Positions 1 through 13,560 of a stretch of 64,000 nt of DNA are shown here, piece by piece. Location: the NCBI GenBank assembly GCA_002269645.1, contig NIVC01000001.1:2616988-2680987 (forward strand). Reading direction: 5' to 3'. The notes under the pieces are model-generated. The model was not told the DNA's origin and searched no databases. It was given only the letters and a program-made list of their open reading frames with translations. A program made the translations under genes and the position numbers. Source of the stretch: Macrostomum lignano (taxonomy: Eukaryota). Position 1 is the stretch's first letter, and each line of letters opens with the position of its first letter.

Positions 1-1
1 C

Positions 2-997
2 TCTACTTTTTTCGACCTCTACATTTTTCTCAGAGAGTCCAACCAAAGAGCGGCCCCAAGTCCTTTGCTTTCACTGCCGAGCGTGAAAATGCCGGAAGCC
101 TTTCCTCCTGAACCGATGCACCTACTTTTCTTGGGTGTAGCTCGACGGCTATTTCATTTTCTATTCGCAGTGGACAACGGACGGCGCTGTAAACTACGCC
201 CCGATGACATTGTCGCCCTTTCTAACAAGATCGAGTCAAAAGCGTCTTACACTCCATCAAATTTCCAGCGACGCCCACGAAGAATTGACACGGAACTGGG
301 ACATTTTAAGGCCACAGAGTTTCGCACTATGGTTCTCTACGTTGGCCCATACTTTTTTAGGAAATTTCTGACGGAAAATTTATACCATCATTTTCTGCTC
401 TTCCACTTTGCGTGCTATATCCTCTGCTCTGATCTCCCTCCCAACTCACACCTTTTATCTATGGCTGAGGCTGCTATGCGCCTTTTTGTGTTCGACGCCG
501 CAGAATTGTATGGCGACACCATTTTGACTTTCAACACACATGTGTTGCTTCACCTTGCAGATGCTGCTAGGCAGCGTGGAAATGTATCTGGATTTTCTGC
601 CTTTCCATTTGAAAATTACCTTTCGCATTTAAAAAAGCGATTGCGTGTAACAAGATTCATTTCGTCTCACTTGCTTAATCAAATGCTTTCTCTCCGTGAT
701 TTGCTTACTAGTAGCCCTACCGTCTCAGTTAAATATTCTGTAAAGACGCCGGACAATTGTTGTGTAATAGACAGTAAAATAGTGCGCATCACATGTATAT
801 CTGGTTCTGTTGTTTCAGGTGTCGTATTGAATTTTTACAAAGACTTGTACAGCTACCCATACTCTTCGTCCTTACTCGGCATTGGTTTTTATCGAGAAAG
901 TCGCGAAGTTATTGCTGGTCTGCCTCAGAAAAAGTGTTTTCTTTTCCCTCGAAAGGGAAATCACTGGCTTGTTATTCCCTTGACCGGAACAGAGTGA
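2..997 (+). CDS. CMC (CACTA/Mirage/Chapaev)-like DNA transposase, C-terminal part; frame open from the window start
   Basis: Motifs PEPMHLLFLGV, FKATEFRTMVLY, FNTHVLLHL and FSAFPFENYL match the animal En/Spm-related transposase pattern (PLDYMH..LG, WKATEFR.FLLY, YNVH.LLHL, SAFPFEN). No stop from position 2 to 997. Confidence 0.75.
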   Translation, partial: STFFDLYIFLRESNQRAAPSPLLSLPSVKMPEAFPPEPMHLLFLGVARRLFHFLFAVDNGRRCKLRPDDIVALSNKIESKASYTPSNFQRRPRRIDTELGHFKATEFRTMVLYVGPYFFRKFLTENLYHHFLLFHFACYILCSDLPPNSHLLSMAEAAMRLFVFDAAELYGDTILTFNTHVLLHLADAARQRGNVSGFSAFPFENYLSHLKKRLRVTRFISSHLLNQMLSLRDLLTSSPTVSVKYSVKTPDNCCVIDSKIVRITCISGSVVSGVVLNFYKDLYSYPYSSSLLGIGFYRESREVIAGLPQKKCFLFPRKGNHWLVIPLTGTE

Positions 998-2358
998 ACA
1001 AGTGGATTACTTTTTCTTGTATATCTGCGGTGCACACCTATCGAATCCACTGTATGCCAGTAAGATTGCTTGTACCTACAGGAACAGCACCTACTCCAAC
1101 TGCTCATAGCTCGATTTTCAATTAAATAGACAGGTGTATTGCTTAACAAACTGAAGCGAATATAGTTTCCCACAGCTGTTGTGACATTAATCAGCTGCTA
1201 TGATTTCTTGACTCCGCCTCGCATGCGTCTGCCGAAAAAAATAAGAAGTCGCTTATGCCACTGTGGTGAACTGGCAATATAGATACACAGACAGACTGAA
1301 ACCTCGAGAACGCCAGACTGCTTTTCTTTGCTCTGCTTTTCCCACTGCTTCGTTGAATGCCTTTGTAACAAAATCAATATTTATAGCTGTAGCTTATAAA
1401 AATCGTAGGACCTATTCTATACATTGGTATGTGAACCCTGGATCAAACGAAGAGGCTCGAAAAAGCTCTTTGTTATTGAGGGTATGAGTGACTAGACAGG
1501 AGGCAGCTGGTATAAAAATATCGGAAGGAGAGGCTCGAGAGGCTTTCATTTGCTTCTTTACACACAACATCCCTCGCAATTCAGTTCGAAATGAAATTGA
1601 TACATGTACATACTTCCCTACCAACACTGCCCGCTTGTTTGCTATCAGTATCCAAAGAAGCCTTTGAAGTGGTTCCTTTTCTGTCCAACTCAGTCTCCCA
1701 TAAAGTAAACTACCATATGACTTTTAATCTAGATTGTAGTTCAGTTCACTGCTTTCACCAATGGAACAGAAATGTAACAACATACTTGGCGCAGCCGGAA
1801 ATTCGAATCCCTTGGGGAGTGGAGGGAGTGGGCCTGTACAGTATCAAAAATATACTACTTTCGTATTCCCTTGCATTTTCTGGGGTCGCCTGTCGCTCCT
1901 TTGCTGCGCCAATCCCTGAATAGAGAGGCCAACTAAAATTCCCAAATCACACTACAGATAGATCGAAGTCGAACTCAATCAGCGCGCCCTCAAGAGCTTT
2001 TTTTCTGAAAGCAAAGTTAGTTCATTTATTGTCATTTTTATCGAGTTTTTGTCAATAATTTTAGAATTAACGACTGTAAAATTATTTCAATTTAAGAGAA
2101 CTAGTGTTGAGAACTAGTCGATCGAATAACTGAACTAACTTTTCAGTAAGTTCAAAGTAAGTCCGTTGGGGCAACAACTACCCAACCCAACCCAAACTAG
2201 CCCCCCTCCGCTCTTTCCTTCCCTTTAATTATTTTGCTTCGCATTTCAAACTTAACTAAACTGCGCCTTGACATGCTCTCTGTCTAAGCATGGAGTCTCA
2301 ACTTCATAACTCAATCGGGACAGAAACTATATGCATGTAAATTTTGCCTGATTTTTAT

Positions 2359-2600
2359 CTATTCTTTCGCCTGGTGACTACATGGAGCAGTTAATATGTA
2401 GAAAGCAGAGAAACAGACAAAACTCGAGAAAACAGAGGGAGAGAGAGGAGACATTAGAAAATAAAAGGTAGAGGGAAGGACATAGTGAAAAAAGGGAGAG
2501 AGGGAGAGTAGACAGGTTTGGAAGGGAGTGAGAGGAATAGCTAATAGAAGCAGAGAGGACATATGAAAAAGAAGTACAAAAAAGCAGAGGCAATAAAACA
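2359..2600. repeat. GA-rich low-complexity tract
   Basis: Purine-rich degenerate GA/AG runs; explains the hydrophobic minus-strand pseudo-ORFs here. Confidence 0.6.
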
Positions 2601-3296
2601 TTGCTTGAAATAAACCAAGGGAATATAAACGTGAACCTTAGTTTGATTTTTTCGAAGAAGTAAAGAGATACAGGGTTTCAATTCTGTGAGAACCATCATC
2701 TCCATATCCATGCTCATATACAATATAGACTGGTAAAGTAAAGTAGAAAAAAACTTTAGGATCATAAAAACTGGTTCGCTCACCCAAGGAATTCTAAACC
2801 TAGCAAGTCTGGAATAGACACTCACAGAGAGGGAGGAAAAACCGATACCAAATAGGGCCGCCCGAAAAAGGCTCCTCCCTTGCTTCCCAACCGTTTTTTG
2901 AGCCTGCCTGCCTGGGCCGGCTTCATATCTGGGCCTGTCCATTGTCCAACTTCCCAAAATGTACAGGGGAACCTAGACCCTACACATTGAAAGGGTTAGT
3001 ACGAACTGAGGAACGGAGGAACCGAAATCAAGCTGGCGCATGTTTCTGGTGTACGACCCCCATTAAGACAGCACTAGCTGTCTTTACTGGGAAGGGCAGG
3101 AGAGTTTATGGGGGACCAAGCACTATGCCCATAGTACATCCATGTACGCTCACTTGACTCATCACTGAATTACTAGGCCCCATAAGTTATGAAGAAGAGC
3201 CTCTTTATTGTAAGGGCAAAGGCAAGACACAGAAGACCACTTTGGAGCTGTCTAAAACCTGCGAAAAAAGCACCAAAATTTGACCATTAAATTGCA

Positions 3297-4680
3297 ATGC
3301 CAAGCAAGTGTGCAGCCTTCGGTCGGTTGCAAATCAAGCTATGTCTCTACAACTACTTCGGCAGAAATTTCGTTTTAACACAAGTTTCCTATCAAAGCTG
3401 GAGTTTTGGCCAAATGGCTACGCGACCTGTCCCGAGAACCAACTTTTCAACCCACTCAGCATTCCTGAGTCTGCTCTCTGCATTTTGTCGAATCGGACTT
3501 CACCACCGACTATCAGGACTGCAATGCATCTCGGAAAAGGGCAAAGACAATGGAGCCGCTCGCACAAAAAGATGGCTCAAGGAGTATGCAGTCCCAACGC
3601 AGTTTCAGACCATGCCAGCCTACTTTACAAAAAATCCACCAGTCGTGAGGTCAAACAGAGCCACGTCAGTGCGGCGTCATAAAGCAAGCATTGCACAGCA
3701 GGAGAAGCGAGAGAAAGAATTTTTGCGGGTGAGACTCCCAGTACTCTCGACGATGTGGTAACTCGGTTTGCTACTGAACCTGCACCATCCGGATTCGCCA
3801 TTTTTCAATCTGCTGGTTCAATTAATCTCATGCTGATGGCACCTGGTCCACCCCAGACAGTCAAGAGCAGCATCATCGTGAACAATAGACTGGAAGTCGC
3901 TGTCTACCACGGCAAGCAAGTTGTGTCACCGAAGCAATACGTTCGCATCATTTCGCCGGAGAGCGCTTTTCTAAGCTCCTCTCCTCAGCTGACGAATCTC
4001 ATTGCATTTGTTAAGAATGCTGTGGAATCAGACAGTCTTGCTCCGGATCACAAGCAAGCAGCTCTTGAAGAGTCTGGAGCTTCTCCACCAGCAAGACCAC
4101 GTGTCTAATGCAGACTCAACTTGCCTCACTTTCTTGATTGAGCAGCTGAAATTGCTGGATGTGGACAAGCATGGTCGGCGATATTCACCAAAACTGCTGG
4201 TATTCTCCAATATTCTATTCTCCGTGAGTTCAGCTGCTTATCAGCGTGTTCTGGAGACAAATTCCTTAGCTCTACCTTCAATCATTCAATCAAAACGCAG
4301 AGGCTTGTGACGCGGAGGATGGACTCGACTACAGGACTGGGCAACTGCGAATATCTAAAGCTGCGCTACGACACACTTCACGCCTATGAGACCAACGTAA
4401 ATCCGGCTGATTGATGAGATTTATCCCAGCAAGCGGGTCGAGATGAGCGGTGGAGAATTGCATGGTCTCACAGAAGCCGGAAATGTTGCCCAGACTGCTC
4501 TGTGCTTCATTTTAAAATCGGCAATGACAAAGTACCGCGACTTGGTCGGAATTTTCCCAATGAGCAACCTGAAGGCTGAGACACTGCATAAGTGCTACCT
4601 GAAAGTCATGCCGATGCTGCAAAACATTGGATACAACGTCGTGGCCATATGCGTTGACAATGCGGCGGCCTTCTTATTGT
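3297..4680 (+). pseudogene. Decayed THAP-domain / P-element-type (THAP9-like) transposase, 3' truncated
   Basis: Stitching frames gives MPSKCAAFG-CKS...HKFP...KWL...S*VCSLHF...LKEYAVPTQF (THAP), then GRRYSPKLLVFSNILFSVSSAAY...LPS, LIDEIY and VVAICVDNA (first two catalytic Asp regions). Several frameshifts and stops. Confidence 0.8.
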
Positions 4681-5469
4681 AATCCCAATCAATTTTTGAA
4701 ACTTTACTATTATGCGCTGCCATCTTTGGTTTATTGCATGTTACAAAAAGCCTTTTCGTATGAATCGTGTAAATCGAGATAAATAATATATATAAAAAAT
4801 CGACTGCAATGAAACATAAATCTGCGTCGTTTTTGCGAGTCGAGCAGAATAGTTCTAATATTAATAATGATATGCTTTCAATTTTATTTGTAGCATTAGT
4901 TATTACTAGAGTTATTACTAGCAATACAATTGGAATAATTGTTCAATAATTTTGTTATTTGCATGCTCATGCCCAATAAATACGCATGATTCACTCGCTG
5001 GCCGAATGGGTGCAGTGGAACAGTCGGCCCTATTTGGTATTCAGCCAATTAGAGTGTCCATTCCAGACTTGCTAGGTTTAGAATTCCTTGGCTCACCCCT
5101 CGATCGATACAAAGCCGGCTCACGCTTGTATTTCTGCATGATTAGGCTTTGCTGGACATGCTATAATTTTTGTGGCCTTCAGTCCCACGTATCGGGACAT
5201 TGGGGGAAGAACCTTTTGTGTTGATTTTTCATGCGGGCAGGCCATATTTTATATAGAACAAAGAGACTCCTCTGGGGTCTATAGCAAGGGTTCGGCAGTC
5301 TCCGGCATTCGGCCCCCCTGTCTTTAGCAAATTCAGTATTGCTTTCCTGTGCCTGGGCCTTATAAAGTCCAGCAGTCGGGTCTGGACTTAGAAACTGTTT
5401 GATTTGAAACCTCTAAATGGCTTGGTCATCTCTGACTTGTTTCTGATTCTGACTCATAATCTTCTCCCT

Positions 5470-6843
5470 GTCCTCTCTCAGTCTCTTCTCTGTCCTCTCT
5501 CAGTCTTTGACTCTTCTCTGCTGTCTCTCACTGTCTTCTCCTGCTGTCTCTCACTGTCTTCTCCTGCTGTCTCTCACTGTCTTCTCCTGCTGTCTCTCAC
5601 TGTCTTCTCTGCTGTCTCTCACTGTCTTCTCTGCTGTCTCTCACTGTCTTCTCTGCTGTCTCTCACTGTCTTCTGCTGTCTCTCACTGTCTTCTCCTGCT
5701 GTCTCTCACTGTCTTCTCTGCTGTCTCTCACTGTCTTCTGCTGTCTCTCACTGTCTTCTCTGCTGTCTCCTACTGTCTTCTCCTGCTGTCTCTCACTGTC
5801 TTCTCTGCTGTCTCTCACTGTCTTCTCTGCTGTCTCTCACTGTCTTCTCTGCTGTCTCTCACTGTCTTCTGCTGTCTCTCACTGTCTTCTCCTGCTGTCT
5901 CTCACTGTCTTCTCTGCTGTCTCTCACTGTCTTCTGCTGTCTCTCACTGTCTTCTCTGCTGTCTCCTACTGTCTTCTCCTGCTGTCTCTCACTGTCTTCT
6001 GCTGTCTCTCACTGTCTTCTCCTGCTGTCTCTCACTGTCTTCTCTGCTGTCTCTCACTGTCTTCTGCTGTCTCTCACTGTCTTCTCTGCTGTCTCTCACT
6101 GTCTCCTGCTGTCTCTCACTGTCTTCTCTGCTGTCTCTCACTGTCTTCTGCTGTCTCTCACTGTCTTCTCTGCTGTCTCTCACTGTCTTCTCTGCTGTCT
6201 CTCACTGTCTTCTGCTGTCTCTCACTGTCTTCTCCTGCTGTCTCTCACTGTCTTCTCTGCTGTCTCTCACTGTCTTCTGCTGTCTCTCACTGTCTTCTCC
6301 TGCTGTCTCTCACTGTCTTCTCTGCTGTCTCTCACTGTCTTCTGCTGTCTCTCACTGTCTTCTCCTGCTGTCTCTCACTGTCTTCTCCTGCTGTCTCTCA
6401 CTGTCTTCTCTGCTGTCTCTCACTGTCTTCTGCTGTCTCTCACTGTCTTCTCTGCTGTCTCTCACTGTCTTCTCTGCTGTCTCTCACTGTCTTCTGCTGT
6501 CTCTCACTGTCTTCTCCTGCTGTCTCTCACTGTCTTCTCTGCTGTCTCTCACTGTCTTCTGCTGTCTCTCACTGTCTTCTCCTGCTGTCTCTCACTGTCT
6601 TCTCTGCTGTCTCTCACTGTCTTCTGCTGTCTCTCACTGTCTTCTCCTGCTGTCTCTCACTGTCTTCTCTGCTGTCTCTCACTGTCTTCTGCTGTCTCTC
6701 ACTGTCTTCTCCTGCTGTCTCTCACTGTCTTCTCTGCTGTCTCTCACTGTCTTCTGCTGTCTCTCACTGTCTTCTCTGCTGTCTCCCACTGTCTTCTCCT
6801 GCTGTCTCCCACTGTCTTCTCCTGCTGTCTCCCACTGTCTCAT
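5470..6843. repeat. Minisatellite, 23-26 bp unit (CTGCTGTCTCTCACTGTCTTCT[C][C]), about 55 copies
   Basis: Directly visible; source of the 485- and 447-aa pseudo-ORFs. Confidence 0.95.
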
Positions 6844-7144
6844 TGTCTAAAAATTCTTTGAAAATATAGAGCTAATTCATGAGTCCCAACTCGTTCTTCA
6901 ATAAATATATGGAGTTCTTACAAAGTTAACCAATTGATTTCAAATTTCCAACACACTTCAAAGAAGATAAATTTGTTGATAAAAGCCTTACCTAATACTG
7001 CAGTATATTCTCGCCTAATTACGAGTGTAAATTCAGAACATTTATTGTCGCTGCACAGCTGCTAACAGTAGTACGTACAGCATGATTACTTGAGGCCCTA
7101 ATATTGAATTAGGGCTAATATAAAAATGTGACCAATACTGAAAC

Positions 7145-7288
7145 AAAAGAGGTAATGGTTTGTCAAATTCAAATCATTCAATACTGACAACAAAGAGGTA
7201 ATGGTTTGTCAAATTCAAATCATTCAATACTGACAACAAAGAGGTAATGGTTTGTCAAATTCAAATCATTCAATACTGACAACAAAGA
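7145..7288. repeat. 46-bp tandem repeat, about 3 copies
   Basis: CAAAGAGGTAATGGTTTGTCAAATTCAAATCATTCAATACTGACAA recurs near 7145, 7191 and 7237. Confidence 0.9.
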
Positions 7289-7775
7289 ACCTATAAAATT
7301 TCTACTGAATTCCGGAAAATTAACCAAACTCCAATTTAGAAAATTTGCAATTGCAATTGCAACTCCAATCTGCTTTCTTAGGCGCTTAACTTATTTTAAA
7401 AACACATTTTACTACCTGCTCTACTGTTGTAAGTAGCAAAATTAGCTATAGAAATGAAAAAGGTCATTTTTGGGGGTACATGTCAGTTTAAAACAGACTA
7501 TCTAAGTGATTACAATATGTGTTTAATATTCAGAAATAAATCTTAAACTAAGCGAAATCTTGACAAATTATAAGCACTGATGCAGCGATCGAAAGTAATT
7601 AAAAAAATTAGGTCGGATCTAAACGGACGAAATCAGACTAAAAACGGACCCACAAAAGTTCATCATTAACAAACTTTCTAACCATTTAGTAATTGCAATC
7701 TGACCTTTTGCAGTGGTTTAAGGTGAAAATTCGTGTTTTTTTCCCAAAGCTGACGCGACCCCTTTGAGGACCCAA

Positions 7776-10700
7776 CATGGTCCGAAAGACGTCCGCTAGA
7801 CGCAGCTTTTTGCACCGGGTTATGTCCTGCGGATGCGAATGTCACCTGCTCTCTACAATAAGCTAGCGGACTGTGTCCGAAGAAGCCTAGCAAGATGTCG
7901 TTTGAGGAACTAACAGGAGCACTACAAGAACTGTTAATACCCACGACATATGTGGGCCGAAAGATTTACATTTCAAAAAATTGGCCGTGAACCCAATGAG
8001 CCGGTAAGAGCTTTTGCAGAAAGACTAATAAAAGCATCTGAGAAATGTGAGTTTGAAAACAGAGATGTGAGAATGCGTGACCAATTCATATGCGGTCTTG
8101 GCAGTCAAGCCATAGTTGGAAAGCTGATCATCAAGGATCATAAAACACTCACATTCAAAGAGGCGATAGCAGAAGCAGAAGCCCATTCAAGTTTGCTGGA
8201 AACGCAGATAATGAAGACAGCTCCGAAATCAGATTCTGGAACAGTTCTGAAAGTCTCAACGCGGAAACCAGGGTTCAAGTCGAAGGATTTCAAAACTCCG
8301 GCAGTGGCGGATCGGCTGTGCAAGAAGTGTGGCGGCAATCATGAAAAGTTTAAATGCCCAGCGTATGGCAAGACCTGCAACCGGTGTGGCAAGGCTAATC
8401 ATTTTGCCAAAGCCTGCAGAGGCTCAGACTTTTCACATAGAAAGACCGGTGGCACGAGTAAATCAACAGTAAAACATGTTCAAGAAAATTCCGAAGTATT
8501 TGTCGCTGAAGTGCAAAGTTGCTGTCCAGATCGGGATCACCGAAAGCCTATCTCCATCACAGTGTCCGTACTAGAAGGGCAAAATAGATACGCGCTGACA
8601 TGCGAGCTGGATACCGGAGCGGGTGTGTCCATAATGTCAGAATCCCTCTGGAAACAGTTGGGTCGACCAGCTCTTAAGAACTCAAATACACAGATGGGTG
8701 GCTATGTAAGTGATCACAAGTTCACGGTATTAGGTCGATACGAAGCTGTGGTAGAACTGAATGGAAAATATCAGCGCATCGACTTTGAGGTAGTGAAAGG
8801 CAGCAAGAGCTATGCCTTGCTGGGGCGAGATGTTCTCTGTGAACAGCTGGACACAGGACATAATGGGGAAGTCTCCATGGATATGGCATCTCTGGCAGCA
8901 AGTGCAGCTACAATGAAAGCTCATTTGGAACTTAAAGACGGAGCAGTACCCAAGTATGTAAAAGCAAGACCGTTACCATTTGCACAGCGTGAAGCAGTAA
9001 AAAAGGAATTGGATCGCTTACTTGATGAGGGCATAATCGAAGCTGTGAAATTTTCGGAATGGGCGTCTCCAGTCGTGGTAGTCGGCAAGCCCAACGGCAG
9101 TATCAGGATATGTGTGGACTATAAGAGTACGCTTATCCGCAGCTGGTCCCGGATAGCTACCCGACACCGACCCCGGAGGAAGCGTTCTCGACAGTAGCTG
9201 GATGCTTTCGGTACAGTATCATCGATCTAGAGAAAGCGTACAACCAAGTAGAGCTGGACGACGCATCTAAACCGCTAACCGTGATGTCGACACCGTTTGG
9301 AAATTTTAGGTACAATAAACTTGTGTTTGGAATAAAAACAGCTCCGAGTATTTTCCAACGGTATATATCGCAAGTGATCCAAGGCATTCCCAAAACAATC
9401 GCGTATATGAACGACATATTAATTGGTGCAAGCGATGAGTCAGAGTTAAAAGGACGCGAAGAAGAAGTACTTCACCGTCTAGTATCGGAAGGGCTTAGGG
9501 TAAATGATCAGAAATGTCAACGGAATTTGTCTCGAGTCCGGTTTTTGGGTCATATTCTGGACAGCGGTCGCATTTATCCTGACGGAGAGAAAGTGCAGTG
9601 CGGGCGATCAAAGTAATGGAAGCTCCGAAGAATCTTTCCGAGTTAGAATCCTTCCTCGGACTGATTACGTTCTGCTCGCGATTCATTCCAAACCTTTCTG
9701 GAATATCGGCACCGTTGGTACATCTAAAGCGCAAAGGTGTGGAGTTTCGTTGGGGCGCAAAAGAACAATGTGCGTTCAGAAACCTTCAGAAATCACTTTC
9801 AGAAGACGCTGCTTTGCATGCGTACGACCCAAAGCTACCGGTTGAGCTCGAAGTAGACGCTTCGCAAATTGCCCTTGACTCAGGTGGTGTCCTGAGTCAA
9901 CAAGGATGCCCTGTCTTGTACATCAGCAACTTTTGTTTGATAACTTTTGTCATCATCGGAGCGAAATTATTCACAAATAGAGCGAGAAGCGCTTGCGATA
10001 ATATGGGGTGTTAGAAGATGCCATCGTTTTCTCTGTGGCAGAAAATTTAAGCTAATAACTGACCATCGACCTCTCGTTTACATCTTAGCCTGTGACAAAG
10101 AGCTACCATCGAGAGTGTCTGCAAGGCTGCAGAGATGGGCGATATTTCTCACGGCGTACGATTACGAGATCGAGTATCGTAAATCTAAAGCTATGGCATC
10201 TGACGCGCTCTCAATATTGGTTCCGCAGGGAAGAAGCGGTGAAACTCTAGAGATTGGTAACATTCACACGGTTTCAACTACACTGTCTCTGGAATATATT
10301 AGGTTAGCAACGAAGAGGTGTAACGAAATGCGCTTGCTGACGAGCGCTATAAAAACGGGAAGCTTCAAACACCCTAGGCTGCATGCGACCTTTCAAGAAT
10401 GTTCGATAAGAACTTTGCGTTCAGGACGATGTTATTCTTCGAGGCCACAGGATCGTTGTTCTAAAAACCTTACGCATGAAAGCAATTGTGGCGGTACACG
10501 AAGTTCATTTAGGAATGTCCCGCACCAAGTCCTTGGCTCGTGCGGAGTTTTGGTGGCCGGCCATGGACAGCGATATCGAGCGGACAGTTGGTTTGTGCCA
10601 GATCTGTAGGACTGCAAAACCGCAGAATAGGAATTTTCGCTCCAGTTGGCCTGAGGCTGCGGGTCCTTGGGATAGAGTCCATATCGACTTTTTAGGACCA

Positions 10701-11447
10701 GTCGACAACCACTATATGCTCGTTTTGGTAGATTCTTACAGCGGATATCCTGAAGTCCACATTACCAAAGATATGACTTCCCGAACTGTCATTCAGTGTC
10801 TCAGGAGGACATTTTCTTAGCTTGGAATTCCAAGGACACGTGTTTCAGATAATGGACCAAGCTTTGTCAGCAAGGATTTTACGGAGTGGTTGGCAGGAAT
10901 TGACTGTGAGCATCTAACTATTGCAGCTTATCACCCACAAAGTAATGGGACTGCAGAGTGTTTTGTTCGCACGCTAAAGGAAAGCATTAAGGCGAACGGC
11001 TTCAGTTAAGAGTCTGTTGACCGCTTCTTGCTGTTTTATCGCGCATCAGACAACAAAGCGGGATCGTCACCAGCGGAACAGCTGCTGGGGCACAAGCTCA
11101 GGGTTCCGTTTACCAAGAGGCAAGTCGGACTGGAGGATCCAGTTATCTACAAAAATGAGAGAGACAAGCCAATCACGGCAAAACTGCTCTTGCCTATCGG
11201 AAGGAGCATGGCCATGATCAAGACGGATGAACCGAACTCAAAGTATCGAAAGGTTCATCTGGATCAGCTACATCCGTACAGTCTAACTGGCGAGGAGCCC
11301 GCAGAAACCGACAGAATGCCACCTGAAGCTGGCGAGCACGCGGCAGGGAGAAAACAAGAAGAGGAGCCTCCAGAACAAGAGGGGCTGCGTACATCTCCAA
11401 TCCCGGCGGGTCCCGAGGATACTATTGAACCCAGGAGAAGCATGTGA
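7776..11447 (+). mobile_element. Ty3/gypsy LTR retrotransposon gag-pol (Mag-like), frameshifted pseudogene; LTRs not recognised
   Basis: Gag with two zinc-knuckle-like motifs (CKKCGGNH..FKC, CNRCGKANHFAKAC); protease LDTGAGVS; RT WASPVVVV, FGIKTAPSIFQR, YMND (YxDD mutated); RNase H EVDAS, YSQIEREALAI, TDHRPL; integrase HEVHLG...CQIC, HIDFLGP, SDNGP, HPQSNG. Confidence 0.92.
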
Positions 11448-11883
11448 CTTTTGGAGAAACTCAAAGTTAACTATAAGTGCTAAAATTTGTTCCTCTCGCA
11501 TTAACTTAAAAAATTATTCTTTGCCATTATCAAATAGACTAGCCAACAAGCGAGTCAAAATAATGGAGATTTTACCATAGACAATTGACAATCAGGGTGC
11601 AATAATGCGCCAAAAATGCACGCTGGCGGCTTTCAGCGTGCAATAATGCAACAACACAAACTTTATATTTTACGAAAAGCAAACGTAGCTAATAGTTGAA
11701 CATTTTTAACGAGCTCTTTGTCTAGTAGTCAGTGCTCTAGTAGTAACTCGAAAACTCAGTAACTCACTCACTACTCATCAGTACTCACTGATCACCGAAT
11801 TTGAAGTTGCAATTGCTGAAACTACCACTCAGATAAATATATGTAGCTCCGGTCGAACAGTATCGGCCGAAGATGCTTGAACG

Positions 11884-13408
11884 TCAACCTTGACATTTTG
11901 GACTGACGTCGTCATTCCAACACCTTGCCACCCGCTTTGGGACCTCGGAGATAGACGTAGCATCCCCCGCCGAATCCATATCGCCAGATGGTCCGACGAT
12001 AGCCACAGACTTATCGTTGGTCGCAGAAGACGAAGTGGCTCCATACAGCGATGCTGACAACACGTCGGACATCCTGCCCAGTTCACTCGCCTTGCGCTTG
12101 CCATTTGTTAAGTAGCTAACGAAAGTGCGTACAAAAAATGTTTTTTTACTTTTAAGTACACAATGTACTACAAACAGGAGAATTTTATTGGCAGCCCGAT
12201 GCTGACACTTACCGCTGAACAGTCTTCACGTCTTTATGGCCAGTTGTTTTGCAGATCTGCTCCAAACGAAACCCGGCTTCGTGCAACTCAGAAATGACGG
12301 TTGGACGAACGTTGTGCCCAGTGTAGACTTTGGACAACTGTGCAGTCGCTGAAATCCGGGCCATCAGATTCTGAAGCGCATTCACGCCCATTGGCTTTGT
12401 TGTGTACAAGTGAACAGCCTTTTTGCCGATGCTAGGCATAAGAAACAGAGGCATGTTACTCTCCGCAGTCCCAGCCGAAAGGCTAGCCTCCCGCTTTTCC
12501 AAGTACAACTTGATCGCAGCCACAGGGCAGTGCTCTCCGCCGGTCAACTTCACCATGGCTTCTCGATTGTCTTCCATTGCGCCTGGCGATAGTCTTGTGC
12601 CGACGGTTTTCTCGAGTCCTCCATTAAGTCGCACAGTCTCCACCCCACTCCGCAACTCAAACACCAGACTGTTTACATTGAGCGATCGGAGCCATTCACG
12701 ACCTCGCTGACCGAAGTAATAGAGCAGAATGAAGTACACCTCGTGTAGAAGCTTCGTCCCATTTGAGCGGTCGAAGTACGTCCACAGTTTGTTCAGATCG
12801 TCCTTCTCCATCGCCTCGTAATGCCGAATGCGACCGCCATTTTTTAGGAACATTTGACAAACGGCCTTCAAGGCTAAATTCGCAATATCAAACTTTTCAC
12901 CTTCAATGATGTTAATGGCCCTGGTACGCCTGAAATACCGAAACAAGCCGGCTCGAAAGCAGATTAGACTAGACGGTGCGTAGAAGCTCCCATCCTGCTT
13001 TCTAAGAGTGGCATAGAAGAACTTCAGCTTTTCCGCAAGCTCGTCCTCAGTGCGGGATCCAGCTTCAAAGCTTTCGAATTTGTACTCTCGAAGAAATACT
13101 TGGAAGCGGGCAATAGCTGATTCTTCTTGCTTTTCGGTAGAGATGACCTTGGTCTCCTCGTCCTGTCTGTCGACAATCGCTTGCAGTTCAGTTGTGGAAC
13201 CTCCAACATCCGGAATTGATTCCGAGTCTTCACCCTCCACCAAGGGAATCAGATTGAACAGTTCTTCCAGAGTAGGTAGGAGCGGCTCATCATCGAACAT
13301 CGTCCGCTCGATCAACGAATTTCTGTCCATGAGCTCTACATGCTTCTCGATTTCCGCCGTAGTCAAGCCGGTTATGCAATTGTCCGGGAATTGAGACATT
13401 TGAATCAT
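11884..13408 (-). CDS. Crypton tyrosine recombinase (DUF3504/ZMYM-QRICH1-KCTD1-related), 2 exons: 13408-12213 and 12115-11884
   Basis: Motifs LKFFYATLRKQDGSFYAPSSL, FGQRGRE, CPVAAIKLYLEKR, YTGHNVRPT, TGHKDVKTVQR. GTAAGT donor at 12212 and TTAG acceptor at 12116 (97-bp intron) restore R-Y with the catalytic Tyr and join in frame to ORF 11884-12072. Confidence 0.85.
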
Positions 13409-13560
13409 GTTTTCAAATGAACGCACATTGAGACGAACAAATATCGCGCTGAAGTGGAGAGAAAGATATTCCTTGCCTCCCTCAACCCTGTTCTTTGCAA
13501 ATTGCCATCGACAAAAATGAATAGCCACTGTTGGCTAGTCTATATGATAATGTGATAGAA

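Noticed and set aside
1143-2010. Possible multi-exon minus-strand accessory gene converging on the CMC transposase
   Set aside because: Some GT/AG sites fit, but assembly needs a 25-nt intron and hits a stop; no recognisable domain.
5404-6861. 485- and 447-aa Leu/Ser/Cys-rich ORFs
   Set aside because: Stop-free translations of a 23-26 bp minisatellite, open in several frames.
7000-7775. 5' LTR and PBS of the gypsy element
   Set aside because: No direct repeat matching the sequence after 11447 and no clear PBS found by eye.
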